DNA from: Hyaloraphidium curvatum SAG 235-1
Taxonomy: Eukaryota; Fungi; Monoblepharomycota
Assembly: GCA_025558095.1 (NCBI GenBank)
Contig: JAIVFI010000042.1
Span: 62,001 to 126,000, forward strand
Direction: 5' to 3'
Length of the DNA stretch: 64,000 nt
The notes beneath the pieces were generated by a model, which was not told the origin of the DNA, searched no databases, and saw only the letters and a list, made by a program, of their open reading frames with translations. The position numbers and the translations under genes are program-made. Positions 21,719 through 32,915 of the stretch are shown here, piece after piece. Each line of letters opens with the position of its first letter. Position 1 is the first letter of the stretch.

Positions 21719-23165
21719 ATGTCGCAGGACGCTATCGTGATCCGGGAGTACCTTCCCTCCCTCGACTCCCTCGTGGTCTCGCAGAGCCCGGTCCCCGGGG
21801 AACCCGACGCGCACGAGTGCCTGGTCGAAGTCGCGTACTCCAACGTTGCATTCGGTACGCGTGCATGGCGCGGAAGGACCCGGCAGCGCGCCTAAATCTT
21901 CAACCGCACGGCATTCCACAACGCTCTGTGGCGACCGAACCGTCCAGCCGACATTCTCATGATCCAGGGGCTCTACCAGAACAAATGCGCCCTGCCCTTC
22001 ATTCCGGGAACAGGTTCTCTTCCCTCACTGCAGCTCCTCATCCTCAACCAACTATCTTACCCGCCTATGTTCCTGCCAGGCTTCTCCGGCGTGGTCCTCA
22101 AGTCCGGCCCCCGCGCCCTCTCGGCCGGCTTCCGCCCGGGAGACAGGGTATTTGGCTTCACCATCGCCTCGGTGCTCGGCCTGCAGCGCTCCGTGCAGCA
22201 CGGAGCGTGGCAACGATTGATGCTCTGCCCGGTCTTTTACGAGGTGGATCCGGCCAAGGCAGGACCGGGGGAGGTACCCATCCCCCAGCTGTTCCATGTG
22301 CCCGAGCGGATCCCCCTGATTTCGGCCGCCTGCATACCCTCGGCGCTGGGGACCAACTATGCCGCCCTGGTGGAGCGCGGCCGGCTGCAGAAGGGCGACG
22401 TGCTGGTCGTCCTCGCCGCCGCGGGAGGGCTCGGCCTCGTCGCGTGCCAAATGGGCAAGGCGATCGGCGCCACGGTGGTCGCGGTGGCGTCTACGGACGA
22501 GAAACTGGAAATCTGCGGGCGGCAGGGCGGCGCAGACCACCTCGTCAACTACTCCCGCGATCCCGAGTGGGCCGGGGCCGTCAACGACCTGACCCGCAAG
22601 AGGGGCAAGCGGTGGGAGGGCGCGGACGTAATCTACGACCCCGTGGGGCAGACGGCGCAGGCGATGAAGTGCCTCGCCAGGAACGGGCGGTACCTCGTGA
22701 TCGGGTTCACGGGGCGAGGGGCCGGGGGCGTCGCGGGGGCGGACAAGGGCTCAATGCCCCCGATACCGAGCGTGCAGACCAACAGGGTGCTGCTGAAGAG
22801 CAACGAGATCGTTGGCGTCAACTGGTGGGCCGCACTTTGCTGCGAACGGCTTGGGCTTGAGACTTTGTCTCACATTTTCCCCGTCAACCAGGGGCTCGTA
22901 CTTCCAGCACGAGCGCGAGCGCGTCCCCGCGCATATCCCCGGTGCCCTCGCCCTCCTCTCCCGGACAGACTTTGTCCCGCCCGTGTACGAGGAGGGAGGC
23001 GGCGGCGCCCGGCAGTCCGCCTCGCGGCCGGCGCGGACGCCCTTCAAGGGACTGGGCTCGGTGAAGCCCGCGATGGAGCTGCTGGGGACGGGGAAGACGT
23101 GGGGGTTGGTGGCGGTCGAGATCGCGGGTGAGGAGGCGGGGAGGGTGCCGGCGCCGAGGATGTGA
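21719..23165 (+). CDS. NADPH:quinone oxidoreductase (zeta-crystallin-like MDR), multi-exon
   Basis: DILMIQGLYQ..LPFIPG, VVLAAAGGLG, GADVIYDPVG, GRYLVIGF, NRVLLK. Confidence 0.88.
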
Positions 23166-23371
23166 TGCTTTGAGGGTACCTCGTGATGCCGAGCTACAAG
23201 TCTTTCGAGCTGATGTTCGACAAATCGGACCCGCAGGTCTTGAGCGCTGAAGCCGATGGGTCCTGATGCGACCTTTTTGCGGGACATTGGAGGGACTTTC
23301 CCGTTGCCCAGACTTCTACCCATTCTCCCAATCGCGTTGCGTCTCCTTTGGCTCTCCTTGCGGCTCTTTAC

Positions 23372-25157
23372 ATGGCGGTGGCGTCCAAAGGTGCTGCGCC
23401 CGGCGACGCGCCCCCGGAGGACTTCTCGGACGCCGAGTGGCTCGCTCTCTTCCCGGCGCCCGGCAAGGTCCCCGAAGCCCTCTCCGGCCAGCCGGCTCCT
23501 CCGGACCGCGCCGCGGAGCTAAGGGAGCTGCGCCCGCTTAGCGCTAAATCCATGGCTTCAATCCTCCGGGCCAAGAGCGCGCCGCTCGCGCTGCTGTTTC
23601 GGCTGCACCGGGTGGCGACGCCGTGGGGCCGGTACCTATTCGAGATGATGGCCATGCTATCCCTTTTGAGCGTTGCGACCTGGGTGGTTTTCTGGCTTCT
23701 GTACGTGCAAGGAGGTTTCGGGCGCACACAGGCCATCGTAGCGACGGTTACAGCACTTCTGCTGATCATTCGGGCCGGACTGTGGAACTTTCTGCTGGTT
23801 GCCTACGTTTCCACCTTTAACCCGGAAGACGGCGGAAGAAGCAGGCCGGGAAGGGACAGGTTGCGGGACGGGAGGAGGAGGACGTTTCCAACTCCTCTGC
23901 TCCGCTTAGTCTGTCGCTGGACTCGCATGCTCTCGCGGGCCTCGTCCGCTGGCTGGAGCTAAGTTCTGGATATTCATATGGATCAGCAGTGTCACTAGAC
24001 GCCCTGGAGAATGGTCGTGCAGCGGACCACGGCCCTTCTGGACTGCTTCTGGCGCACAACGCGTCAGACGCCCTCTGCCCGTGTCCATTGGCGGGCTGCG
24101 CTGGATCTGTCGCCCGCCGGGCAGCGATGCTGCGCACCCTAGAAGTCTTTGCCAGGGCAGTGGGCCACTTTGTGTTGATGGCTTCGGTCTGTTGGACCGT
24201 GCTCGTTGGCAGCGAGACCTGGCGAACCTGGTGGGCCGCCATGGTGGTCGTCCTTCTAGGTGAGCGCTTGGGCACCGGCTGCTCATGGAAACTGACTTGT
24301 CCTGATCCGCAGTAACGCTACTCATTTCTCTCGTGTTTATCATGCAGCTTGGCCGCTTCTCGACGAACGTGGCGCTCCTGGAGCTTTCCCAGCGAATGCA
24401 ACACCGCGCAGTACGCCCGGCGCTCTCGTCGCTCCTCAACCACCTTCGCCGTGCTGCACTCGAGGGTCCTGTAGCCGATGGTGGCGCCCACAGCGAACCC
24501 TGTGCCTCGGAAACCGCAAAGGACGGGGCGATCGCCCCCGGCTCCCCACCAGGACAGCTGTACATCGAACTGCATCAACATTTGGCCGTCGCCTGGCGGT
24601 TTCGCATCTCCAATACCAACTTTAGCTCCCCGCTCTTCGTTACAGCTGGAATAGCCATCCTCTGCGCGGTAGCGAACATTGTGAGTCGCTCCCTGCTTTA
24701 TTCTGAACCTTTATAACGGACGCATTTGGTGCCGGGCCTCGCATTCGACAAGATCGCGGGAAACTGCATCCCTTGGATGTTTCTCTTCGCAGTCGGGTAC
24801 TACGCCCTCCTCCTCTCCATCGACCTCGTCAACTTTGCCGCCGCCAACAGCTCCGTCCAATGCGTACGAGACCTGTACACGCAAGCGCGCCTCGAGATTC
24901 GCTGCATCCTGGCAAACCCGCTCCTAACCGACCCGCATGGCCCGCGAGCGGCCGCGGCGTCGGAGCTGCGTGCACACGATGCCGTTCTGGGCTCTCTCAG
25001 AGAGATGGATGCTTACCGCGCGCGACTACTGGGGTTCGTCATCACGTATGGGGTGCTGCGGATGGCGTTCGTCACCGTCTGCACTGTACTGCTGGGGGTG
25101 TGGTCGACCCTGAGGGCGCAGGGGACCTACGTCACGCTCGAAATGTCCTGTAGGTGA
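23372..25157 (+). CDS. Putative 7TM ion-channel (GRL-like) family paralog A; introns about 23860-23909, 24260-24312, 24681-24752
   Basis: Family motifs EWLALFP, LAGLVRWLEL, HNASDALCPCPLAGC, LHQHLAVAW, IAGNCIP, LLGFVITYGVLR..GVWSTLR..MSC. Confidence 0.75.
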
Positions 25158-25223
25158 CCGACAATGGAAAGAGATTCGTCTGGCTGCGAAACTACTAGCA
25201 GCACTCTATTCTCGGGCGTCCGC

Positions 25224-26852
25224 TTATTGACAAGCCACGTCCATCGAGATGCCCACCCCGACCCCTCTGAGCAACGTCCAGAGGCCCAAGCACACCGTCA
25301 CAGCGGTCGCAAAAGTGGTCCTGGCGACGCCGTAATCCACGGGCACACCGGCCAGCTTGGCCTTTTCTACGCCAGCGGCGGCAGCAAACCCGCGCAGCAC
25401 GCTTGCATGGCCTGCAATCCTCCCGCGCACTTCCGCAGGTATGTCCCAGGAAAGCAACTCTTCTAGCTCCGAGGCGGCTTGGGAATGCAGGGCGGAAATG
25501 GCCGACATCTCGCTATTTGAGGCTGCGGCCGTGAGGAGGTGCGAGAACAGAACTCCGAGGATGGCCGCAAGGACGATGATGTAGGCGACAGGAACGCAGG
25601 ATCCGGCAATCTATCCGACCGAAGCTCCGATCAGGTCATCGGGCTTCAATTGCGGGGAGTGAGCGAACCCACCGCATTCACGACGGCTCCGGCAAGGTAG
25701 GTGAAGAAGGACATCATGTATGCCCGCTGGAGCTTCGAGACATCGTACCGCTGCTTCCAGCTCGAGGAGATCAGGATGTCCATAACAACGTAAGGTTGTC
25801 GCTCTCCCGGCACCTTATGAACGCACAAATCACCATCTCCCAGCGCCGCAGCCCGAAGCATGGAGACAGTGTCTTCCAACGCAAGCTGCGTAGCACGGTG
25901 ATTCAGGCGCAGCGAAAGGCCAACCATCGGTCGGACAAAGCTGGCCGAAGCCACGAGTGACATGGCTACAATGGAAAGAACTGCAAAGCGGGTAATGTGC
26001 TTGAGCTCAAAGACCTGCTGGTCCAAGAACGAGTGACTCACGGGAGCCGACAACGAAGAATATGGCCCAAGGTGATTGTGCCACTGCAGAGCGCAGTGTC
26101 ACCAGAGGTGTCCACAAGAATCCTGGCATTGCCTGCGCCATCCAAATGCAGCAGAGAGTGCCGTCCGTTAGTAACTTGCCGGCGGCAAATCTAGCCGGAA
26201 CCGCGCCAGCGCAGGAGCGAGCCGCGCATGGACAGCACTCGTCGGCCGGGTCGTGTTGAAGGAACTTGGAAATTGCCGTATCCGACTGACCCTCTTCGAC
26301 AAGCTGCGACCAGCGCACCAACTGCGCCAAGGGAGACGTGTTCAATAATGCTTGCATGTCCTCCTTTGTTGGCTTGTACAATAGCTTCACCCCCGCAAGA
26401 TAGCGAAGGAAAAGGTTGTGGCAAACGAATGAGAAGATCAAGGCCGCTGTCCCTGCGGCAAGCTGAGGAGTCCGAAAGACATCGTCGCCATCAAGTAGCC
26501 ATGCCGGAAGGATGGTAGCCAGGACCGTGAACACCGCCGCCGCCAAGATCAAAAACGCCAGAATAGCCAACCCAGGCGCCAGGAATCCACTGGTGCGCAC
26601 CAGGAATACCAGCAGAGGCCAAGGGCGCGCAGCAGCGACGAACTGAGCGGGCGTCAAGGGCAATGCCGACCTCAGAGAGGATGCTGGGTCGGCGAGTTGG
26701 GGCGCAGCAAACGGGCGAGGGGGAGATGCGGGGAAAGGCAGGAGGGCGAGCCAGACGCGCGCCGGGAACAGCGGTGGCGGCGCCCCGTGTTCCTCAGAAT
26801 GTTCTTCAATGCTAGCGCTATTCAGAGCTTTCCGCGGGAAGTACGGGTCCAT
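25224..26852 (-). CDS. Putative 7TM ion-channel (GRL-like) family paralog B; introns 25981-26041 and 25611-25672
   Basis: VWLALLP, LVRWSQL, HDPADECCPCAARSC, IAGSCVP, LAGVPVDYGVAR..GLWTLLRG..VAC. Confidence 0.75.
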
Positions 26853-26963
26853 TCCTCGACTCGGCGAAGTGGTCAACAGGAGCCCGGGGTCTAGCGTGGC
26901 TGGAGCTGCCTTCCGAAAGGAACACCTGTCGCGCGGGCTACCTCCTCTTTTCGAAGCGAAAGA

Positions 26964-27918
26964 CTACAAGCGGGGCCGAATCCTGTATCCGCCGTCCAAT
27001 CGAATCACCTCCCCGTTGAGATACTTGCTCTCGAGGATCGTACATATCATCGACGCGTACTCTGCAGCCAACAACAGTCAGATGAGCTCGGAGAGCAAGA
27101 ACATGGGCTGCCAGACCCACCGTCGGGGTCTCCGAACCGTTTGGGCCAGACCATATCTTCCAGCATCCCGTCTTTCACTCGCTGAGGCTGGGTCCGGAAC
27201 AGCGGGGTGTCGAAGGTCCCCGGCGCGATCGCGTTGGCGCGGATCCCGAAGGCCGCGAGGTCGCGGGCGAGGGGAAGGACCATAGCAATGGTGCCGCCTT
27301 TGGCCGCGTCGTACTTTGGGTTCGCGTGAGTTCGTTGTTGCTCTCGAAGTCGTGCGGTAACGAAACGACCTACCGAGATCATTCGGGGCTGGCCGTCGTA
27401 GCCCGCTATGGAGGCCGTGAGGACAATTGCTCCACGCTCCCCGTCCTTCCCGTCGGCCGGCGTTGTCTTGGCCATGATAGACGCGACGAGGCGCGAGACG
27501 ATGAACTGCCGAAGGACGCGTTCAAATGACCAAAGTCGCATCTCGGCCGCAAAGAACTCACGCTGCCTGTCAGGTTGATCCGCAAATCCCTGTCAAAGTT
27601 CTGCACGCTGAGGCCGAAGTCCCCGTTTGCCTTCAGCACGGGCCCTGGCGTCCCGAGACCGGCGCAGCAAATCGCCCCGCGGAGGTGCCAGCCCTCTCCG
27701 GCAACCGTCTCCAGGCCCTTCCGCAGCATCGTGTCGACATTCTGCTCGTCGGTCACGTCGCAGCGCCCCGGGTAGCACGCCGAGTCCGGCAGGGTCGGCG
27801 GCGCGTTGACGTCCAAGATGACGACCCGGGCGCCGCGCCGGAGGAGCAGGGTGACGGTAGCAAGACCGAGGCCCGATGAACCACCGGTCACGACCAAGAT
27901 GGAGCCCGGGTACTTCAT
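26964..27918 (-). CDS. SDR, 3-hydroxyacyl-CoA dehydrogenase type-2 (HSD17B10-like), multi-exon
   Basis: VVTGGSSGLG, ICCAG, ERGAIVLTASIAGYDGQ, YDAAKGG, LPLARDLA, IAPGTFDTP, YLNGEVIRLDGG. Confidence 0.9.
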
Positions 27919-28154
27919 TCTGACAAACGGGAGACAGTTCCTCACTTCTGAGAACCGCTGTTTCGCGCGCCCCGCGCCGCCGGGTAGAGTCCGCAGACGA
28001 CCAGAGGGAAGAAACCATGATGCAGTCCATCAAGGGAAGCAACCATAAATGTAGTCCATCGTCGATTACTTTCATGTGATGGATTTTGTTGGTCGCGGTG
28101 CCCTCCACCCTGAAAGTCTGAGGCTTTTTCGTGCAACCGACTCACTGAAGGGTC

Positions 28155-29465
28155 GTGAAACAGTCCGCCCCGGCCGCCAGCGACCTCGCGCGCCGCAGCG
28201 CTTCCCCATCCCACACACTCCGACAGCTCCTGCGGCGGGTCTCGCTCGCGGAGCTCAAGACGCACGTGGGGCTGCAGGGGTTCCTGCGCGACTCGGTGGC
28301 CGACGTGCTCGGCAGGCCCAAGCACGAACTCGTGAAGGAGCTCGCCGGCGTGGGCCACTTCGGCTTCGCGCTGCAGGAGTTTATGCTGGTCGGGTTCTGC
28401 GAAGCGGCGCGGTCGATCGGGCTCGAGTTCCTGTGCAACAAGGAGCTGGGCCGTGCCGTGCGCAAGGAGGACCCCGGTGCGGAGCGCAGGTTCCACGTCG
28501 AAGGGGCCGAGCGCGCGTGGCGCCTGGTGGCGCAGCTCGCTGAGCTTGAGACGCTGAAAGTGCGGATCGGCGTGAGAGAATGTCCCGGACCGGACGACGA
28601 CGATTGGGAGTTCGAGCAAGATTTGGTCGAGGACGAAATTGTCGCCGGCCCCGTGTGGACCGGCCCGCCTTCTTTTCCCGGCGGCTTTAGCGGCTTCGAT
28701 GAGGAGGTCTTCGAGACCTACTACACCCCCGTCTTTGCCTGGCCGGAAGATCTCTCGTTTCGGCCCCACAAGCTTAAGAAGGTCGTGATTGAGCTGCAGA
28801 GCTTGCCGCGGGGTGGTCTTGCCCATCCCCTCGACCAGGGCCCTGTCTCCGAGTTCTTCCAAGCGCTGAACACCATTGCCCCTGAATCACTCTCCTTCGA
28901 CATGAACCCTGCGAGTCTGGATCTCAACCGATACCCCCAGCTTTCCCAGGTTCTCGATCGCATGATCGTGCCGAGCAATTCCGTGTGGTACCTCCAGAAG
29001 CAGGGCATGCGGCCGAGGCGCCTCATCGTGACGCGGCCCGAGAACGTTTTTGGGAAGCTCGCGGGCTTCGACTGCAAAGCCATTGCCAGGCAAACCGGAG
29101 TCAAGGAGCTCGTCTTGGACAGCGCGACGACGGTGGAGCTGATGAGCTGCCTGCCGCCGAACGGCTTGGAGGTCCTGGAGCTCGATTGTCCTCGGCTCGG
29201 GAAGCTGAAGCAGGAAAACTGGGACACCATGGTGGCGGCCATTCGGGCCTGTGGTGTTCGAGAGGTCTTTGTTTCGCCATGGCCTGGCTACCTGGGAAAG
29301 TGCCCCGAGGAAGCCGTCGCCTGGCTCTGCCTGCGCCTCGATCCGGAGTGGAAAGGCAAGATCGGTTTGCTTGGGGACGAGTGGGTGACGGATGAGATGC
29401 TTGCTGCCCTGAAGGAGAAAGATCCGGTTGCGGCGAAGAAGCTGGACCCGGAGGACGGCGAGTGA
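28155..29465 (+). CDS. Hypothetical protein, possibly degenerate LRR/RNI-like; start uncertain
   Basis: 436-codon ORF with coding-like composition and LxxLxL repeats (LKKVVIEL, VKELVLD, LEVLELD, VREVFV). Confidence 0.5.
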   Translation: MKQSAPAASDLARRSASPSHTLRQLLRRVSLAELKTHVGLQGFLRDSVADVLGRPKHELVKELAGVGHFGFALQEFMLVGFCEAARSIGLEFLCNKELGRAVRKEDPGAERRFHVEGAERAWRLVAQLAELETLKVRIGVRECPGPDDDDWEFEQDLVEDEIVAGPVWTGPPSFPGGFSGFDEEVFETYYTPVFAWPEDLSFRPHKLKKVVIELQSLPRGGLAHPLDQGPVSEFFQALNTIAPESLSFDMNPASLDLNRYPQLSQVLDRMIVPSNSVWYLQKQGMRPRRLIVTRPENVFGKLAGFDCKAIARQTGVKELVLDSATTVELMSCLPPNGLEVLELDCPRLGKLKQENWDTMVAAIRACGVREVFVSPWPGYLGKCPEEAVAWLCLRLDPEWKGKIGLLGDEWVTDEMLAALKEKDPVAAKKLDPEDGE

Positions 29466-29897
29466 AGATTGGCTGGTGGATTGGTGGTCATTTGCTTCGG
29501 TCAATCTTCTCCAGTTGCAGTTGGCTCGAGTTAGTTGCATTTCTTGTCTGGAAGCGCATTTTGAACTTCTTTGCTGTAGAATCTTGCTCAGTACGGCTCA
29601 TGTAGGACCGTCGCAACTGCTTTCGAGGCTTTCGAGTCTTTCGAGGTCCCTCTGTTGATGCAACAGGGCACTGTCTTCGACCCGCCCGCCCTGCGCAATC
29701 CAAACCGCCGACCGCCACCACCTGCTCGACCAGAAAGTCAAGCATTTGATGCTCATCTGGGATGTGGGACGCGAGTGATGGACCGCTCTTGGCGGCGCGT
29801 AAACACGCGACGACGCCGCGGTGACATCAGGGACACGCACACACCGACAGGGACGCGCCGGCGCTGTTTCCTCTTCACGGAGCGCTTTCCTGGATAA

Positions 29898-30821
29898 ATG
29901 GATAGGCGCGCCGTGGCGCTGGCGGTGGCGGCTGCCGCGGCAACCAGCGCCGTCGCCTATGCCGTCCGCGCGACCTCTGCGCCATCGCCGCGGGCGACCG
30001 AACGCGCCATCGCAGACGCAGGCGGCGCCACGTTGATCCTCCCCGACGATCGTCTGCTGGAGTATTTCGAGCACGGCGACCGGAGCTCCCCGAGAGTGCT
30101 GCTCGCGATCCACGGCGCCCAGACCACGGGGAACCTGTTCGCCCTCCTGGACCCCTGGGCGCGCAGAGCGGGGATCCGCATCGTCGCCCCGACGCTGCCC
30201 GGATTCGGCCACTCTTCCTTCCCGCACGACGGCTACTCCCCCAAATCCTGGGTCCGCGACGCCGAATTCCTGCTGGGCTCGCTCGGCATCCGCGAGTTCG
30301 ACCTCCTCGGCACCTCCCTGGGCTCCATCCACGCCGCCACCCTCGCCGCCACCATCCCGGCACCCTTCCACGTGCGCAACATCGCCCTGTACGTCGCGTT
30401 CGCCCCCTTCGAACCCGGTGTCCACGATCCGATGCTGGGCTCGGTGCTGAAGATGTTCTCGGAAATGCGCCCGTACGCCACGTTCAAGCGGCTCTTCGAA
30501 GGGTGCATCGTGTTGCCGCTCATGAGGACGCTGATGCCGGCCGGGGACGTATCGCGGTCGATAGCGACGCAGTGGGAAGGTCTCGCCTCCATCGCGGACG
30601 TCATCTACGCCCCATGGGACTTCGATTATGGACACCTGGCGGAAGGGAGAAAGCTGATCGTCGTCAGCGGCAAGAAGGACAACGTCGCGCCGCCGCACAA
30701 CCAGAAGCGGCTGGTGGAGACGGTCCCGGGGGCGGTGTTGGTCGAGTACGACGGAGAACACGACACGAGCTTGAAGGAGGTCAATCTGTTTGAGGAGCAC
30801 ATGGATCTGCTTATGTCGTAG
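29898..30821 (+). CDS. Alpha/beta hydrolase (Abhydrolase_1) with N-terminal anchor, intronless
   Basis: LPDDRLLEYFEHG, IHG, PTLPGFGHS, nucleophile elbow GTSLG, Asp in KKDNV, His in GEHD. Confidence 0.88.
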   Translation: MDRRAVALAVAAAAATSAVAYAVRATSAPSPRATERAIADAGGATLILPDDRLLEYFEHGDRSSPRVLLAIHGAQTTGNLFALLDPWARRAGIRIVAPTLPGFGHSSFPHDGYSPKSWVRDAEFLLGSLGIREFDLLGTSLGSIHAATLAATIPAPFHVRNIALYVAFAPFEPGVHDPMLGSVLKMFSEMRPYATFKRLFEGCIVLPLMRTLMPAGDVSRSIATQWEGLASIADVIYAPWDFDYGHLAEGRKLIVVSGKKDNVAPPHNQKRLVETVPGAVLVEYDGEHDTSLKEVNLFEEHMDLLMS

Positions 30822-30975
30822 CTTATCTCAGATTGCCTGAGGCTCTTTTCGAAGTAGAAGGGTGAAAAGATTCAGCGTCAGTCGTCATCGAGACACCCGC
30901 GCCTGCGTGGGCCGGCGTCTCCCACTTCCCAAAGGGCACTGTGCTGCTCGTCACGGCCGCGACGCGCTCTCCACG

Positions 30976-32469
30976 ATGGACGAGGCCACGCTGCCCACGC
31001 TGAAAGGCCCGGACGACCGCGCGGACCACCCTCCGGCCGAGGTGTGGTTGGCGCTGCTGCCCGCCCCCACAACGCCCGCGGAACGGCTGTCCGCCGACGA
31101 GGCCGAGGCGCTGGCGGAAAGAGACCCGGCCAAAGAGGCCCGCGACGCACGCCCGCTTTCTCGTCGGGACTTTTTGCGCGCCCTCGCCGCCTCGCCCGTG
31201 CACCGCGTGCTGTTTGCGCTGGAGCCGTTCGTGCCCTTCTTGAACGGCCGGCTGGTGCTCCGTTTCTTTCTGGGCTTGCCCCTCATGCTGCTGCCGTACC
31301 TCTGCATCGGGGAAATGTTCGACTCTGGTGTCTTCCACGCCCGCGGCATCGCGACGGGCCTGGCAGCGCTCACGCTCATCTCTTTGATCCATTCCGTCAC
31401 CATGGCGGGAGCTGTTCGCGGAAACTGGGTGGTCTGGCAGCAGCTGGACAAGCACTCGTTCGCCGGATATGTGCGGTGGAGCCAGTTGTGCGATGCCGTC
31501 GACGTGTCGCGCGATGCCGAGGCGGGAGACGCAGCAGTCGCCCCGTGGATAAGGCACGAGGATGGAGACCTTCTGTGCCCCTGCCCGGCACCTTCCTGTG
31601 CTGGTCGGACCATCTCCAAGTCTGCAGTTCTGCAGGTTCTTTCTGCAATCAATCCTGCTCTCTTTGGCACTTTCACCTGGGGTGTTCTCAGCAACTGGAC
31701 GTTTGTCGTGTTCCTCGCCGGCTCGACATGGTCCAACCCCGGCAAGGTCTTCGTAGTCGTCTGGGGGCTCGTCGCGTTGTTTGCAATGAATGTGACGCTC
31801 TTGTTCGAAGTTGTCGCCAGTGACGTTGCTCTGGTCAACCTCGAGGCGAGGGTTCGCAACCGGGCCCTGCGAATTGCGCTCGCCGGACTGGTATCGCGAT
31901 GTACGGTGTCCTCGGCCGGGACCGATGCCCCATTTTCGTGGCCGCGCATTGAACCCTACATTTCCGTGCACCTTGGTTTGGTACCCGCGTGGCGCTCGAC
32001 CAGAATCATCGCGGAATCCGCCGTCAGGATGCTTGCGCTACTAGTACTCGCCATGTGCATAATCGGGCTCATCCCACTCATCGGATCGGGGTGCGTGCCG
32101 TCCTACATCATTGTCGCCGTCGGGCTCTACATCGTCATGGTGTTGCGCTACCTCACCGACGCCGTGGCCGCCAACGCCGGCGTGGCCTCCGCCGGCGAGC
32201 TCTACCGCCGCGCGCGGAGCTCCCTCTCGCTCCTGCTCACCTTGTACCCGGCGGCGCCCGAAGCGGCGCGCATCAGGGCGCACGAGGCCGTGCTGGCGCG
32301 GTTCGAGGCCGCCGCCGCCGGGGACCTTGCAAAGATGTTTGGGTTCGTGGTGGACCTGGCGCTCGTGAGGGGCTTCGTCGCCACGGGGCTGACGGTGGGC
32401 GTCGGGCTGTTTGGTATCCTCCGGGGTGCGGGCGCAACGGCAACTCTGCAGTCAGTGTGCCCGATCTGA
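30976..32469 (+). CDS. Putative 7TM ion-channel (GRL-like) family paralog C, intronless
   Basis: VWLALLP, YVRWSQL, HEDGDLLCPCPAPSC, PYISVHLGLVPAW, GSGCVP, MFGFVVDLALVR..GLFGILRG..SVCP. Confidence 0.8.
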   Translation: MDEATLPTLKGPDDRADHPPAEVWLALLPAPTTPAERLSADEAEALAERDPAKEARDARPLSRRDFLRALAASPVHRVLFALEPFVPFLNGRLVLRFFLGLPLMLLPYLCIGEMFDSGVFHARGIATGLAALTLISLIHSVTMAGAVRGNWVVWQQLDKHSFAGYVRWSQLCDAVDVSRDAEAGDAAVAPWIRHEDGDLLCPCPAPSCAGRTISKSAVLQVLSAINPALFGTFTWGVLSNWTFVVFLAGSTWSNPGKVFVVVWGLVALFAMNVTLLFEVVASDVALVNLEARVRNRALRIALAGLVSRCTVSSAGTDAPFSWPRIEPYISVHLGLVPAWRSTRIIAESAVRMLALLVLAMCIIGLIPLIGSGCVPSYIIVAVGLYIVMVLRYLTDAVAANAGVASAGELYRRARSSLSLLLTLYPAAPEAARIRAHEAVLARFEAAAAGDLAKMFGFVVDLALVRGFVATGLTVGVGLFGILRGAGATATLQSVCPI

Positions 32470-32915
32470 CATGAACAGACGATCCTGTCGTCTCGTTCAA
32501 CATAGCGTCATCCTGCCCGCTCATGCGGACGCTGACACATTCGCCCTCCACGTTGTCAACCCCGAGCGAAACCAATGCCCATGAGATACTGCTTCCTGAA
32601 GGTGAAGCTGATTGAAGACGCGCACTCTGGCCAGCGATCAGATCTCTATCACAGGCGCTGAGCCCCCCCAGCGATCATCATCTTCTTCGTTGATCAGCCA
32701 CACCGTGTCTTGCCCGTGCGTCGCTGAATGGACTTGGATCGGTTGCCCTTCCTGGTGTCCGGATGTATGGACTTCCTTGGCAGTAGATCCTGGCGAATTC
32801 TTGCGAGATCGCGTTGGTGAAGTCTTCTGGGCGGCGGTGTTCGCGACGACCTCGAGCGGGCGAGGATCCAAACAAAGGCCCGGAATTGGAACTGATCCCG
32901 CACACCTCCGGGTCG

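Noticed and set aside
23820-23910. Apparent frameshift in 7TM paralog A
   Set aside because: A 50-nt GTTGCG..TTAG intron (23860-23909) restores the frame into the conserved LDSHALAGLVRW motif.
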